Shown in pieces: positions 28,086-37,907 of a stretch of 64,000 nt of DNA. Position 1 is the first letter of the stretch. Each line of letters begins with the position of its first letter. Under the pieces are notes generated by a model, which did no database searches, was not told where the DNA came from, and saw only the letters and a list, made by a program, of their open reading frames with translations. The translations under genes were made by a program, and so were the position numbers. Location: positions 4,996 through 68,995 of the forward strand of contig DAOULT010000051.1 in assembly GCA_034417895.1 (NCBI GenBank). Reading direction: 5' to 3'. This DNA is from Anaerolineae bacterium. Its GTDB lineage: Bacteria > Chloroflexota > Anaerolineae > CAZYHC01.

Positions 28086-28526
28086 CTAATATATTTTCCC
28101 TGTTAGCCAGCCAATACGCACTCCCTGGGGCTGATCGAAAGTGGGAACGTAAGGCTTGATATCCAGGAGAGGCGTACCATCCAGGGTATCTATCTGGCCG
28201 ACGCGCAGGATGTTACCGCGCCGTTCCAGAAGAGTAACCACTGAGAGACCGATGGGATTAGGTCGTCTGGGGGCGCGGGTGGCAAAGAGGCCGCGAAATG
28301 CTTTGTCCAGAAAAGGCTGCACCCGCAGACTGTAACCCTGCGACTGGTGGAAGTGATACAGTATCACGATGTGGGAAAAGCCCTCGATGTCCTTCAGCCC
28401 CTCTTCGTATTCCTGAAAGACCTCGATCTCACCCTCAGCCTGAGAAAAGTAGGGCTGGATAGGGGTTTGCTCCTTAGTGGTGTACGGGGAACGAATAACG
28501 CCGATTGGTTTCAGAATTAATTCCAC
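28086..28526 (-). CDS. tsaA: TsaA/YaeB-family SAM-dependent methyltransferase (tRNA m6t6A37-like).
   Basis: IGVIRSPYTTKEQTPIQP...FSHIVILYHFH...RAPRRPNPIGLSVVTLLERRGNILRVGQIDTLDGTPLLDIKPY. Confidence 0.8.
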   Translation of the reverse strand: MELILKPIGVIRSPYTTKEQTPIQPYFSQAEGEIEVFQEYEEGLKDIEGFSHIVILYHFHQSQGYSLRVQPFLDKAFRGLFATRAPRRPNPIGLSVVTLLERRGNILRVGQIDTLDGTPLLDIKPYVPTFDQPQGVRIGWLTGKIY

Positions 28527-28529
28527 CTT

Positions 28530-30149
28530 TTATGCTCCTTTTGCGTTGAGAGTTGAGAGCAATCCATCTCCTATCTCCCATCTCTCGCGTATCTCTTCTA
28601 AAGCTGTGCCTTTCATTAAAAAGTATCGCCGGTGGGGATATTCGGCCATCAACTCGCTGTTCTCGACCGCGCCCCGGTCGAGGGCATATACGATATCGGA
28701 GTCCAGAGAAGGGCTGTTCTGGCAGAACTGAGCGCCGTACTCCGTCCAGCCCTTCTCCGCCGACACAAACACCAGAGCGGGGCGCAGGTTTGCCTCCTCT
28801 ACCGCCCGCAGAGGCGCGGCGGTGACGTCGTACAGGCCCTTTAAGGAAGACAATCGCAGGGGGAGGTAGAGAGCCAGATTGCCCGCCACTAGAAGGATCA
28901 GAGCCGGACGGAGCGTGTTCCGTGTCCACAATCCGTGAAATCTGTGACCAAAATCCGTGTTAGCCATCTCCCAGCTCTTCTCTATCCCTCTGGCCGTAAG
29001 CAGCAGAAGCAGGGGAAGGGCCTCGTAGTAGTAGCGGGGGCCGTATACTGTGGCGCTGACCCAGTACAGGGTGTGGGCCAGCACCAGGCACAGAAAGGCC
29101 GCGCCCAGGAGTTTATCCCCATTGTCCCAAATGCCTGGTGCTGCCGTAAAAGCCTGCTCCGTGCGCGCTGTGGGTTCCATCGGGGGGTGTGAACGAAGGG
29201 CGGGCCGTGAAATCCGTGAAGGAAATCCGTGTCTGCCAGGCAGGAGCAGAGCGATAACCACAAAGATGAGGCTAAGCCCCGGCCAACCCAGGAAATCGGC
29301 GGACAGCTTCAACAGGTCCCACAGAGCGTTAGCCAGCCCTGCCGTCAGGGTGTGGCCGTCAGGCCCCACCTGCGGCCCAAAGCCCAGCCGGTCGTAAGGC
29401 CAGTAAAGGCTATAGAGGCTGACAGAGGGTTGGCCCGTCAACTGAAAATTGTAAAGCGGCAGGAGAGCAGCCAGCGGCAGAAACCCGACAGCTATGAGCA
29501 GATAGCTAAGCTGCCTGGCACTGGGAGAAACCTGGTTTCTGGATAGTTCGTGGAGCAGGCTCCACAAGATCAGGGGCGCGGCCAGACTCAGAGCCGTCAG
29601 CGGCCTGATGAGAAAGGCCACCCCCAGGGCCGCCCCGGCCAGAAGCGGATAGGGCCAGCGGCCTCTGTTGAGCCTGCGGGCGAAAAATAAGATGAAAAGA
29701 GAGATGGCGAACAGGCAGGTGGGGTGAGACATATAAGTCCCGGCCAGGATCAAGAAGAGAGGCGAAGTAAGCCCCAGTCCGGCGGCCAACAGAGCCGTAG
29801 AGCGGCCATATAGCTCCTGGCCCAGCAGATAGATGACCACTATGGACAACGCCCCAAAGAAAGGATTGACCAGCCAGGGACAGCCCAGAAGAACGCCCGC
29901 GCTGAGAATAAGGGCCTGTCCCGGCGGGTATTTGGTAAAGCGCCTGCCTTCGTAATCTATGATGAAAGGGACGTGGAAGGCGTCAGGGTGCGACGGCGTG
30001 GCGGCGTAGAGCTTTCCCTGGGCGAAAACTTTGGCCTGAAAGAGGTAAGACACTTCGTCCTCAACGTGGGGCAGCCGCTCAAAGACGACGGTGGAGACCA
30101 GGGCGGCGCTCGCCAGGGCGACCAGAAAGAGCAAAAGCGGCGTCTTCAC
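28530..30149 (-). CDS. GT-C fold membrane glycosyltransferase (GT39/PMT-ArnT-like), without the C-terminal repeat domain.
   Basis: Polytopic N-terminus with the conserved acidic loop motif (HVEDEVSYLFQAKV) typical of polyprenyl-phosphate-sugar dependent GT-C enzymes. 4-nt overlap with the upstream ATPase gene. Confidence 0.6.
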   Translation of the reverse strand: MKTPLLLFLVALASAALVSTVVFERLPHVEDEVSYLFQAKVFAQGKLYAATPSHPDAFHVPFIIDYEGRRFTKYPPGQALILSAGVLLGCPWLVNPFFGALSIVVIYLLGQELYGRSTALLAAGLGLTSPLFLILAGTYMSHPTCLFAISLFILFFARRLNRGRWPYPLLAGAALGVAFLIRPLTALSLAAPLILWSLLHELSRNQVSPSARQLSYLLIAVGFLPLAALLPLYNFQLTGQPSVSLYSLYWPYDRLGFGPQVGPDGHTLTAGLANALWDLLKLSADFLGWPGLSLIFVVIALLLPGRHGFPSRISRPALRSHPPMEPTARTEQAFTAAPGIWDNGDKLLGAAFLCLVLAHTLYWVSATVYGPRYYYEALPLLLLLTARGIEKSWEMANTDFGHRFHGLWTRNTLRPALILLVAGNLALYLPLRLSSLKGLYDVTAAPLRAVEEANLRPALVFVSAEKGWTEYGAQFCQNSPSLDSDIVYALDRGAVENSELMAEYPHRRYFLMKGTALEEIRERWEIGDGLLSTLNAKGA

Positions 30150-30994
30150 GTCAGGCTCTCCAGCAGTTCTCGCAGTTTGTGGGCTTCGTCGGTCAGGTGG
30201 CCGTCCGCGCTGAGGCCCAGCCTGCTCAATTCCTGGCCCTGGCCGTCGAGCAACAACTGCCCGACCCTGGAGCGGGCGAACTCGCGCAGGTCTTCGGTCA
30301 GAGGATCGGCCACGGGATGGTCGTCCACGATGCGGCCATCGTTCATGGTCAGGATGCGTCCTGTCTTGAGGGCCACCTGGCGGTCGTGGGTAACGACGAT
30401 GATAGTCATGCCCTGGTGGCGGTTTAGTTCTGCCAGCAGGTTCATGACGTCGTCGCCGCTCTGACTGTCCAGGTTGCCGGTCGGTTCGTCGGCCAGCAGG
30501 ATGGCTGGCTCGTTAGCCAGGGCGCGGGCGATGGCTACCTTTTGTCGTTGTCCGCCGGACAGGGCGTTGGGCAGGTGATGCAGCCTGTCGCCCAGACCGA
30601 CCAGATGCAGGAGCTTCTCGGCTCTCTGGCGACGGTCGTGGGCCGAGATGGGCTGTCCCTGCATGGGCACCTCCACGTTCTCCGCCGCGTTCAGGGTGGG
30701 CAACAGGTTGTGCATCTGGAAGACGAAACCCACCATCCGGGCGCGGAAACGGTCCAGGTCCTTCACGGTCGTCAGGTCCTGCCCATCGACGATCACCCGG
30801 CCACTGGTGGGACGGTCCAGGGCGCCGATCATGTTCAGCAGGGTGGACTTGCCGCTGCCTGAGGGGCCCATGACCGCCACCAGCTCGCCCCGTCCAATGC
30901 GCAGATTGGCCCTATCCAGGGCCAGCACCTCGACCGCATTGCCGTATATCTTGGTCAAATCTATCGTCTCAACGACAATATCCGCCATTTCCAT
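30146..30994 (-). CDS. MacB/LolD-type ABC transporter ATP-binding protein.
   Basis: GPSGSGKSTLLN, LSGGQRQKVAIARAL, LLADEPTGNLD. The start is trimmed to ATG 30994 (MEMADIVV). The track start at 31042 lies inside a repeat element. Confidence 0.8.
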   Translation of the reverse strand: MEMADIVVETIDLTKIYGNAVEVLALDRANLRIGRGELVAVMGPSGSGKSTLLNMIGALDRPTSGRVIVDGQDLTTVKDLDRFRARMVGFVFQMHNLLPTLNAAENVEVPMQGQPISAHDRRQRAEKLLHLVGLGDRLHHLPNALSGGQRQKVAIARALANEPAILLADEPTGNLDSQSGDDVMNLLAELNRHQGMTIIVVTHDRQVALKTGRILTMNDGRIVDDHPVADPLTEDLREFARSRVGQLLLDGQGQELSRLGLSADGHLTDEAHKLRELLESLT

Positions 30995-31092
30995 AAGCAA
31001 ATCCTTGTTGGGACTTTTCACCACAAAGGACACCAAGAACACCAGGAATAAAGGCTTTGTGTCCTTCGTGCTCTTTGTGGTTATATCTGTGT
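30995..31092. repeat. Palindromic ~90-bp repeat element (CCACAAAGGACACC...CTTTGTGTCCTTCGTGCTCTTTGTGG...ATCTGTGTTGGCT) at the 5' end of the ATPase gene. It is homologous to an in-frame copy at 61783..61860.
   Basis: Reverse-complement alignment of 31000..31090 with 61783..61860 gives long identical blocks: gagcacgaaggacacaaag and tcctttgtggtgaaaag. Confidence 0.7.
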
Positions 31093-31095
31093 TGG

Positions 31096-32418
31096 CTATC
31101 CGCCGTCCTCTATGGTTATATCCACGTAAGCCGTCATTCCCCAGCGCAGGCGTGGGTCCGGGTCGTCGATCTCGATGATGGCCGTGTAATTGGTGCTGCC
31201 CTTCTCTACAGTGGCCATCGGCGAGATGCGGCTTACCCGACCGCTCATCACCTGGCCTGGCAGGGCGTCGAGGGTGATCTGCACCTCCTGCCCGATCTTC
31301 ACTTTAGCCACGTCCGTTTCTCTCAGGTCGGTGGTCTCGATGCGCAGGTGGGTCAGGTCGCCGAAGACGATCACTGGCTGACCGACCATCACCTGTTCTC
31401 CCTCTCTGAAATGCACCACCCCGACCGTGCCGCTAAAAGGGGCGCTCAAGGAGGCGTCCTTTAAGTCGGCCCTGGCCTGATCCAGAACGGTCTGGGCCTC
31501 ATTCACCTGGGCCTGGGCGATGGCTATCTCTTCGGCGCTGGCCCCGGCCTTAAGCAAATCCAATTGGGCTTTAGCCTGGGCCACCAGCGCCTTCTGGCCC
31601 TCGACCTGCGAATAAGCAGCCTCGACCTGGGTGCGGGCCACTTCGACCCCGGCCAGGGCCTCCTCGACCCCGGCCTGGGCGATGGCGACCTCTTCGGCGG
31701 TGGCCCCGTTGAGCAGCGCTTCGTACCTGGCTTTGGCGATCTCGTAATCGAGGGTAGCCCGCTGAAGGGCCAGGGCCTGGGGAGTGACCCCGACCCCGCT
31801 CTGCCAGGATACTTTATCGTACTCCGTCTGGGCCAGGGCCATAGCGTCCTCGGCTTTCATCATATTGGCTTTGGCTTCTCTGATTTCTTCTTCTCTGCTG
31901 CCGGCCTGCACCCGCGCCAATTCGGCCTGAGCTGCTTTCAGTCTGGCCTGGGCCGCTTTCAGATCGGCCTCGGCGGTAGCCAGTTCGGCCTGGGCGGCGG
32001 TCACGGCGGCCTGGGCGGTGCGCACCTCTTCCTCGGCGGCGGCGATTTCCTCTGGCCGGGCGCCGGCCTGGAGTTGAACCAGGCGAGCCTGGGCTGTCCT
32101 CAAGGCGGCTTCGGCCTGGGCTACCATAAAATCCAGGTCTTCCTCGCTATCCAGGCGGGCCAGAAGCGTGCCCTCCTCCACGGGATCTCCTTCCTGAACG
32201 GCCAGGTGAGCCAGCAGTCCGCCGATCTCGAAGCTGAGGGTGGCCCATCGCTCCGGCAGCACCGTGCCCGAAGCCCAGATCACGGCCTCTTCCTCTTCTC
32301 CTTCTTCGCTCTGCGCTTCGGGAGTGGGCGTCGAAGGTTGGGCCAGGTAACGGCTATACCCGAAGTAGGCCAGAACCAGGACGATCAATATCACCAAGAC
32401 GACGATGACTTTTCTCAT
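31096..32418 (-). CDS. HlyD-family periplasmic adaptor (membrane fusion protein) with a long Ala-rich coiled coil.
   Basis: N-terminal TM, extended alpha-helical AQA-rich hairpin, C-terminal beta-barrel ...VKIGQEVQITLDALPGQVMSGRVSRISPMA. Confidence 0.75.
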   Translation of the reverse strand: MRKVIVVLVILIVLVLAYFGYSRYLAQPSTPTPEAQSEEGEEEEAVIWASGTVLPERWATLSFEIGGLLAHLAVQEGDPVEEGTLLARLDSEEDLDFMVAQAEAALRTAQARLVQLQAGARPEEIAAAEEEVRTAQAAVTAAQAELATAEADLKAAQARLKAAQAELARVQAGSREEEIREAKANMMKAEDAMALAQTEYDKVSWQSGVGVTPQALALQRATLDYEIAKARYEALLNGATAEEVAIAQAGVEEALAGVEVARTQVEAAYSQVEGQKALVAQAKAQLDLLKAGASAEEIAIAQAQVNEAQTVLDQARADLKDASLSAPFSGTVGVVHFREGEQVMVGQPVIVFGDLTHLRIETTDLRETDVAKVKIGQEVQITLDALPGQVMSGRVSRISPMATVEKGSTNYTAIIEIDDPDPRLRWGMTAYVDITIEDGG

Positions 32419-32480
32419 AGTAACATCCTTGTTGACACTCTCTTGTCATCATTACACTGTGTGTAGTGACGTAGCTTTGG

Positions 32481-34715
32481 CTACTCGTAACGTAAGGCCT
32501 CCACCGGGCTGAGACGCGAGGCCCGCCAGGCTGGATAAAGCCCCCCGACGGCTCCCAGGAAGAGAGCAATAAGCATGGCCTGGATGAACAACTGCGGTGG
32601 ATAGTCGCCTTTCAGAAACCCCCCCATAGTCGGCTCGTAGCGCAGGGCCTCGGTCAGGCCAATACCGACAGCTATGCCCGCCACCCCACTTAAGGCGCTC
32701 AACAGCAGCGATTCCCGCAACACCATGCCCAGCACTTTGGCCTTACGCCAGCCCAAAGCCCGCAAAGTGCCTATCTCCCTGGTGCGTTCCATAACGGTCA
32801 TGACCATCGTGTTGGCGATGCCCACCCCGCCCACCAGGATAGCCAGCACAGAAATGGCGTTGGCGATAGATTTAGTGACGCGGATATCGTTGGTCTTCTC
32901 CACCATCTCCGCCGAACGGGAGACGGACGCGTCGGGGAAACGAGCCTCAATCTGGCGACGGACCTTCTCCGTCTGGGCCGCATCGCGCAGCTTGATCTGG
33001 TAGAAAGCGACCTGGCGCGGTTTTTGGAAAAGGGCCTGGGCGTCCCGTAGGGCTATCACTCCCCCGCCTTCTTCGTAGCCCACGCCTGTCTCGTAGATGC
33101 CCACCACCCGATAAGCATTTTTATACAGCTTCATGACGTCGCCCACTTTTTTCTTGAGATTTTCGGCTGCCGTCTTGCCCAGCATGATCTCTCCACGGCG
33201 ATGGATGCGTTTGCCTGCCACCAGGTTGAAGTGGCGGATGGCGTGCTGGTTCGGATCCAGTCCCCAGACCATAAAATAGGGCGTTCCCTTGGCGCTGACC
33301 ACCCCCAACACCATGCCCGAAACGTGCTCCACCTCCGGCATGGCAGCGATGGCTCGCCCTACCCGTTCGTCGATGGCCGAGAGAGACATATCGGATACCT
33401 CTTTCTGCATGACCATCAGGTCGTTGCCGCCGCGAGTACTCATGTCTGTGAACTGGGCAATGAAGCCTTGCGTGATGGCTCCCAGGGCTACCAGAACGGC
33501 CACCCCAATGCCGATGCCGCCTATGGTCAGCAGAGTGCGGGTGCGTCGTCGCCACAGGCTGCGGAAGGCCATCCCTCCCAGGCGGTGGATCAGGGCGAAA
33601 TCCCACTTCGGGCTGCTCTCTCCTCCTTCGTAGCGCAGGGCCTCCAGAGGGCTGAGGCGCGAGGCCCGCCAGGCCGGATAGAGGCCGCCTATCGTCCCCA
33701 GGATCAGAGCGGTCAGCATGGCCTGGAGTATCAACTGGGGCGTGAACCGGCCTTGCAGGAGCGAGCTGACCGCCGGCGAACTGCCCAAAGCTCTGGTGGC
33801 CGCCACGCCCAGGGCCACCCCCGCCAGCCCCCCCACCAGGCTGAGGAGCAGCGACTCGCCCAGGATCAGAGCCAACACCTGGCCGCGCCGCCAGCCGATG
33901 GCTCGCAGCACGCCTATCTCGCGGGTGCGCTCGAAAATAGCCATGACCATAGTGTTCATCATGCCCAGTCCGCCCACCACGACGGCGATGAGAGCTATCC
34001 CCCAGGCGAACCCGCTCACCATCTCGGTCATCATCTCCTTCTCGCCAAAATCAGCCGCCCTGGAGACCGAAATATCGGGGAAAAGCCGCTCGATGCGCCC
34101 CATCACCTCTTCGGTTTGCTTGACGTCGCGCAGCTTGACCTGGTAGAGACTGACCTGGCGCGGCTTCTTAAAAATGGCCTGGGCGTCTTCCAGGGTGATC
34201 ACCCCGCCGCCCTCCTCAAAACCCAGACCCGTCTCGTAAATGCCCACGATGCGATAAGGAGCGCCGTATACCCTTATAGTATCGCCCACGTCCTTTTTAA
34301 GGTTGGAGGCGGCCATCTTGCCGATGATGATCTGTTTGGTGCCGGATAGCCCATGCCCTCTGATGATCTTGTAATGATGGATGGCAAACTCGTCCGCATC
34401 GTAGGCGAAGATGAGAAAGTAGGGCAGGCCCTCGGTCTTGATGAAGCTGAAGATTACGCCCGCCACCTGATCCACGGCCGGCAGGCTCTTGACCCGTTCT
34501 CCCACCTGCTCGTCCACGGCGCTCAGGGAGAAATCGGCGGCATTGGCCTGGATGAGCAGGAGGTCGGCCCCGCTGCTGGTCATCAGCCCGGAGTAGCCCG
34601 TAGCCAACCCTTCGGCCATGGCGCCCAGGGCTACTACCGCCGCCACCCCGATGCCAATGCCCAACACGGTTAAAAAACTACGAATTTTGCGCCGCAAGAG
34701 ATTTTTGAAAATCAT
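32481..34715 (-). CDS. Fused tandem FtsX/MacB-type ABC permease (two MacB_PCD + FtsX units in one 744-aa polypeptide).
   Basis: Two homologous halves starting MIFKNLLRRKIRSFLTVLGIGIGVAAVVALGA and ...FRSLWRRRTRTLLTIGGIGIGVAVLVALGA. Each ends ...GGLYPAWRASRLSPxEALRYE. Confidence 0.8.
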   Translation of the reverse strand: MIFKNLLRRKIRSFLTVLGIGIGVAAVVALGAMAEGLATGYSGLMTSSGADLLLIQANAADFSLSAVDEQVGERVKSLPAVDQVAGVIFSFIKTEGLPYFLIFAYDADEFAIHHYKIIRGHGLSGTKQIIIGKMAASNLKKDVGDTIRVYGAPYRIVGIYETGLGFEEGGGVITLEDAQAIFKKPRQVSLYQVKLRDVKQTEEVMGRIERLFPDISVSRAADFGEKEMMTEMVSGFAWGIALIAVVVGGLGMMNTMVMAIFERTREIGVLRAIGWRRGQVLALILGESLLLSLVGGLAGVALGVAATRALGSSPAVSSLLQGRFTPQLILQAMLTALILGTIGGLYPAWRASRLSPLEALRYEGGESSPKWDFALIHRLGGMAFRSLWRRRTRTLLTIGGIGIGVAVLVALGAITQGFIAQFTDMSTRGGNDLMVMQKEVSDMSLSAIDERVGRAIAAMPEVEHVSGMVLGVVSAKGTPYFMVWGLDPNQHAIRHFNLVAGKRIHRRGEIMLGKTAAENLKKKVGDVMKLYKNAYRVVGIYETGVGYEEGGGVIALRDAQALFQKPRQVAFYQIKLRDAAQTEKVRRQIEARFPDASVSRSAEMVEKTNDIRVTKSIANAISVLAILVGGVGIANTMVMTVMERTREIGTLRALGWRKAKVLGMVLRESLLLSALSGVAGIAVGIGLTEALRYEPTMGGFLKGDYPPQLFIQAMLIALFLGAVGGLYPAWRASRLSPVEALRYE

Positions 34716-34719
34716 TATC

Positions 34720-36063
34720 TTATAGGATATGCAAAAAGAGTGTAGCCAGGCCCAAAAAGAAGAGATAGCCCATCGTATCGGTCACGGCGGTGACAAACGC
34801 AGCCGAAGCCAGCGCCGGATCGACACCGAAATATTTCAGGCCCAGAGGGACCAGCACCCCGCTCAAGCCGGCCATGAACAGGTTGAGGATCATGGCCGAC
34901 CCTATAGCCAGACCGATGACCGGATCCCCTTTCCACAGGTAAGCTACCACCGCGGTCACCACCCCCACCGCCGCGCCGTTGATAACCCCCAGAACAGCCT
35001 CCTTGAGCAGAGCTTGCCGCCCACTGTGCAGGTCGATCTCGCCCAGGGCCAGGCCGCGCACCATAATGGTCAAAGTTTGCGACCCGGCGTTGCCCCCCTG
35101 CCCGGCTACCACCGGCATGAAAACCGCCAGAGCAACCAGTTGTCCGATGGCCCCCTCGAAAAAATTGACCACGCTGACGGCGATAAATATGGTGAGCAGG
35201 TTGACCAGCAGCCAGGGCAGCCTCTTCCTGACCGAGAAAAAGAGGGGGCTGAAAACCCGCTCCTCTTCGGTCAGACCAACCATGCGGTACATATCTTCGG
35301 TGGCCTCGTCGTCAATCACATCTATGAGGTCATCGACGGTGATGACGCCCAGCAGACGGCGCTCCTCGTCCACCACCGGCAGGGCCATGAAATCGTAGCG
35401 ACTGAGCAGCCGGGCGCACTCCTCCTGATCGGTCCAGGCTTCCACGTAGATGACGGCCTCGTCCATGATCTGTCCGACACGGCGCTGGCTGTCGGCCACG
35501 ATCAGTTGACGTAACCCGACTACGCCTAGCAGGACATCGTGCTCGTCGGTCACAAAGAGATAGTAGATCGTATCTTCGTCTGGGGCCAGGCTTCTGATAT
35601 ACTCGATGGCCTCCGCTGTAGTCATCTGCGGTCGCAGGGCGATGAAGTCGGGGATCATCAGGCCCCCGGCTGTGTCGTCTGGGTAGCGGAGCAGGGGGAT
35701 GACGTCCTCGGCTTCGGTCATGGCTTCCAGGGCGACGGCGACCGTCTCCGCCGGCAGGTCGCCCAGCACGTCGGCGGCCTCGTCGGGCTCCATTTCATCC
35801 AGAATCAGGGAAAGGGTGGCGGGCTCCATCTGAACGGCCAGTTGGGCGGCGTGCTCGTTCTCCATCTCCTCCATGATGTCGGCTGAATCGGGGGGGGGCA
35901 ATTGTTCGATAAGTTCCTGCCGCTGAGCAGGTTTCAGATTTTCGAGCACGTCGGCCTGATCGGCTGGATGCAGGTCTGTGATCAGGGACAGGGCCTCATC
36001 CAGTTCTTCGTCTTTCAGATGTTCCTTGATATTTTCTGTGAGCTGGCGGGTATCTCGTTTCAT
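34720..36063 (-). CDS. mgtE: Magnesium transporter MgtE.
   Basis: N-domain, tandem CBS region, and C-terminal 5-TM pore domain with ...GNAGSQTLTIMVRGLALGEI... typical of MgtE. Confidence 0.85.
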   Translation of the reverse strand: MKRDTRQLTENIKEHLKDEELDEALSLITDLHPADQADVLENLKPAQRQELIEQLPPPDSADIMEEMENEHAAQLAVQMEPATLSLILDEMEPDEAADVLGDLPAETVAVALEAMTEAEDVIPLLRYPDDTAGGLMIPDFIALRPQMTTAEAIEYIRSLAPDEDTIYYLFVTDEHDVLLGVVGLRQLIVADSQRRVGQIMDEAVIYVEAWTDQEECARLLSRYDFMALPVVDEERRLLGVITVDDLIDVIDDEATEDMYRMVGLTEEERVFSPLFFSVRKRLPWLLVNLLTIFIAVSVVNFFEGAIGQLVALAVFMPVVAGQGGNAGSQTLTIMVRGLALGEIDLHSGRQALLKEAVLGVINGAAVGVVTAVVAYLWKGDPVIGLAIGSAMILNLFMAGLSGVLVPLGLKYFGVDPALASAAFVTAVTDTMGYLFFLGLATLFLHIL

Positions 36064-36442
36064 GGGTTCTCCTCAGGGAGTTGTTGTCAGTCCCTGTTCC
36101 CTGGCAGTCTTCCGGCGGTGATTATGGTGGGTCAAAAATCGCTCTCGCCAGGAGGGCAACCACGCCCCAAACGATTGTTTTTCAAGTATAGCATAAGGGG
36201 CAGTGGAAAGCCTGACATTTAGCCGACGATTTGCGGACAAGTTTCTGCCCCTTATGGGAGGTTTGTCACCTGGCCGCTGGTAGTCTGTCACGGGGCCAGG
36301 CCATTACTGCTAATGCTTTGCATTTGTAATAATAGCGCTTCTTCGTTCTTTTGTCAAGCGGGGAGGTGATAAAGAGGAGAGTAAGCAAAGGCCATCGGAT
36401 AGGATCCTGTCCGATGGCCTTCGAGGTTCTGGCCCGTGTCGC
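36064..36442 (-). promoter_or_regulatory. Long (~380 nt) structured 5' leader of mgtE. It includes a 12-bp perfect stem (cataaggggcag/ctgccccttatg on the transcript) and is a candidate Mg2+-responsive (M-box-like) riboswitch.
   Basis: Inverted repeat read at 36190..36260. mgtE genes are commonly preceded by M-box riboswitches. I cannot confirm the M-box consensus by eye. Confidence 0.25.
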
Positions 36443-36730
36443 TTACTTGAGCAGGACGGCGATCACCACCAGAGAAGCGCCCAGGATAAAACCAAAGAGC
36501 ACAATGGCTACCGCGACGTTGCCATTCTTTAGTTCTTCCATCTCGTTGATATTGGGCGTCAGCGAGTCGAAAAGTTTGATGGTGATGGGGAAGACGATGG
36601 CGAAACAAACGGCGGCCACAATCGTCCAGATAACGGCGAAAATCATATTGACTACGATGCGGCCAATATCAAGTCCGCCTTGAGGAAGGCCCGCCGGGAT
36701 CTCTCCTTGCCACAAAGGTGCAAACATCAT
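36443..36730 (-). CDS. DUF350 small membrane protein.
   Basis: NGNVAVAIVLFGFILGASLVVIAVL and earlier hydrophobic helices match the DUF350 pattern. Confidence 0.65.
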   Translation of the reverse strand: MMFAPLWQGEIPAGLPQGGLDIGRIVVNMIFAVIWTIVAAVCFAIVFPITIKLFDSLTPNINEMEELKNGNVAVAIVLFGFILGASLVVIAVLLK

Positions 36731-36851
36731 TCTACCTCCTTTTTATCTAAATGGTGATTGGTTGGTAGGTTCTTGGCCCACGCGCAATGGCGGGGGTGAT
36801 CTTAGAGCCTATCCGAAAATTGGTAAGGCGACCATCCTGGTCGCTGTCGGG

Positions 36852-37763
36852 TTAGTAACTGCGTGCGAACTCCTGCCAGTATTCACAGCCCCAGGCCTCG
36901 AAGACGCCAGCTTTGACCCAATCGCCAGGCCGTTCGGTGAAAACCACGAAGGTCCAGGTCCCGCTACTGCCCGGCGGGATATCTCCCTGTTTTTCCATCT
37001 CATAAATCCATACTTCTTCGGCCCACCAATCTTGCGTCCCGTCGGTCAGGACGAAATACGGATACCAGGGCGCTCTGATCGAGGAGTTGGTGCGGTTATC
37101 GATAGTGACCTCCACAGAGAACTTTTGGCCGCCGACCTGGGTTTCCTGCTCGTAGCGCATTTTGGCCCAGGTTGCGGTTAGCAGGCTGGCGCAATCGTTA
37201 CCACCCTCGCCGCCCCCGCCGCTGCCGCCCCCACCGCCGCCGAGTATGCCACCCCCACCGCCCCCGCCACCGCCGCCGCCGGTGAAGTCTTTGTCAGTGA
37301 AGTTTTTATCCTCCACGACCTGGCCTGTCTCGGTGTCTATGACGAAAAAGCTTTGCATGACGGCGTCCCAATAAGCCGTGGCCTCGATCTCTCCCTGGAC
37401 GGCAGAGACCAGGACGCTCAACTGGACCGGGAAGAGGAGCATGTATTTCCCGATGAGCAAACCCGTCACCACCATATCGGGAGACGGGTTCTGGAAGGCG
37501 CTGGCTAGAGCCACGTGACCCTCTACCGCCTGCTCGATCATCACTTTGTCATACTCGGTGGAAGCGGCCCACATAGCCACGATGGCTATCAGAGACCCGC
37601 TTTGGGAGTCCCTGGTCATATCGCACTCTATAACCCTATAGCCTTTCCCTTCCAGATAACGGGTTGCTTCCTGAGCGCCACTGACAGCGCTCACGGGCGC
37701 GACCAGCATGGTCGAGAGTAACATAGTTATGATCAGGGCTGCTATTATCCTGTACCGTGACAT
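36852..37763 (-). CDS. Secreted two-domain protein with a poly-Gly linker (paralog 1 of a tandem pair). Function unknown.
   Basis: Signal peptide. ~190-aa N-domain. GGGGGGGGGGGILGGGGGGSGGGGEGG linker. ~110-aa Cys-bracketed C-domain NDCASLL...WGCEYWQEFARSY. About 75% identical to the next gene. Confidence 0.7.
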   Translation of the reverse strand: MSRYRIIAALIITMLLSTMLVAPVSAVSGAQEATRYLEGKGYRVIECDMTRDSQSGSLIAIVAMWAASTEYDKVMIEQAVEGHVALASAFQNPSPDMVVTGLLIGKYMLLFPVQLSVLVSAVQGEIEATAYWDAVMQSFFVIDTETGQVVEDKNFTDKDFTGGGGGGGGGGGILGGGGGGSGGGGEGGNDCASLLTATWAKMRYEQETQVGGQKFSVEVTIDNRTNSSIRAPWYPYFVLTDGTQDWWAEEVWIYEMEKQGDIPPGSSGTWTFVVFTERPGDWVKAGVFEAWGCEYWQEFARSY

Positions 37764-37818
37764 TACCTTTCACCTCCTTTCCATATCGACCGTCTCATCC
37801 AGGCTCTCAAACACATAG

Positions 37819-37858
37819 TGGGCGAAACAGAACTTGAACTTGTGATTTCTTCCTTACC
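37819..37858 (-). pseudogene. Duplicated ~40-nt fragment of the 3' part of tRNA-Val (not a functional tRNA). It was carried along in the tandem gene duplication.
   Basis: tgggcgaaacagaacttgaacttgtgatttcttcctt versus the 3' part of the full tRNA at 38876..38912 (about 33/37 identical), then divergence. Confidence 0.6.
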
Positions 37859-37907
37859 TTGCACCCCCCTTCTCTCTCAGATTATCTCCTCTTCGAGTGG
37901 CGACTGG

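Noticed and set aside
36073-36291. 72-aa minus-strand ORF inside the mgtE leader.
   Set aside because: Arg-rich, no RBS, and it lies within a structured leader. It is most likely non-coding.
36064-36442. Confident M-box riboswitch call upstream of mgtE.
   Set aside because: I could not recognise the conserved M-box core sequence by eye. Only a long structured leader with a 12-bp stem is demonstrable. It is kept as a low-confidence candidate only.
37819-37858. Second tRNA gene.
   Set aside because: It matches only the 3' ~37 nt of tRNA-Val and then diverges. It has no acceptor 5' half, D-arm or anticodon arm, so it is a duplicated fragment.
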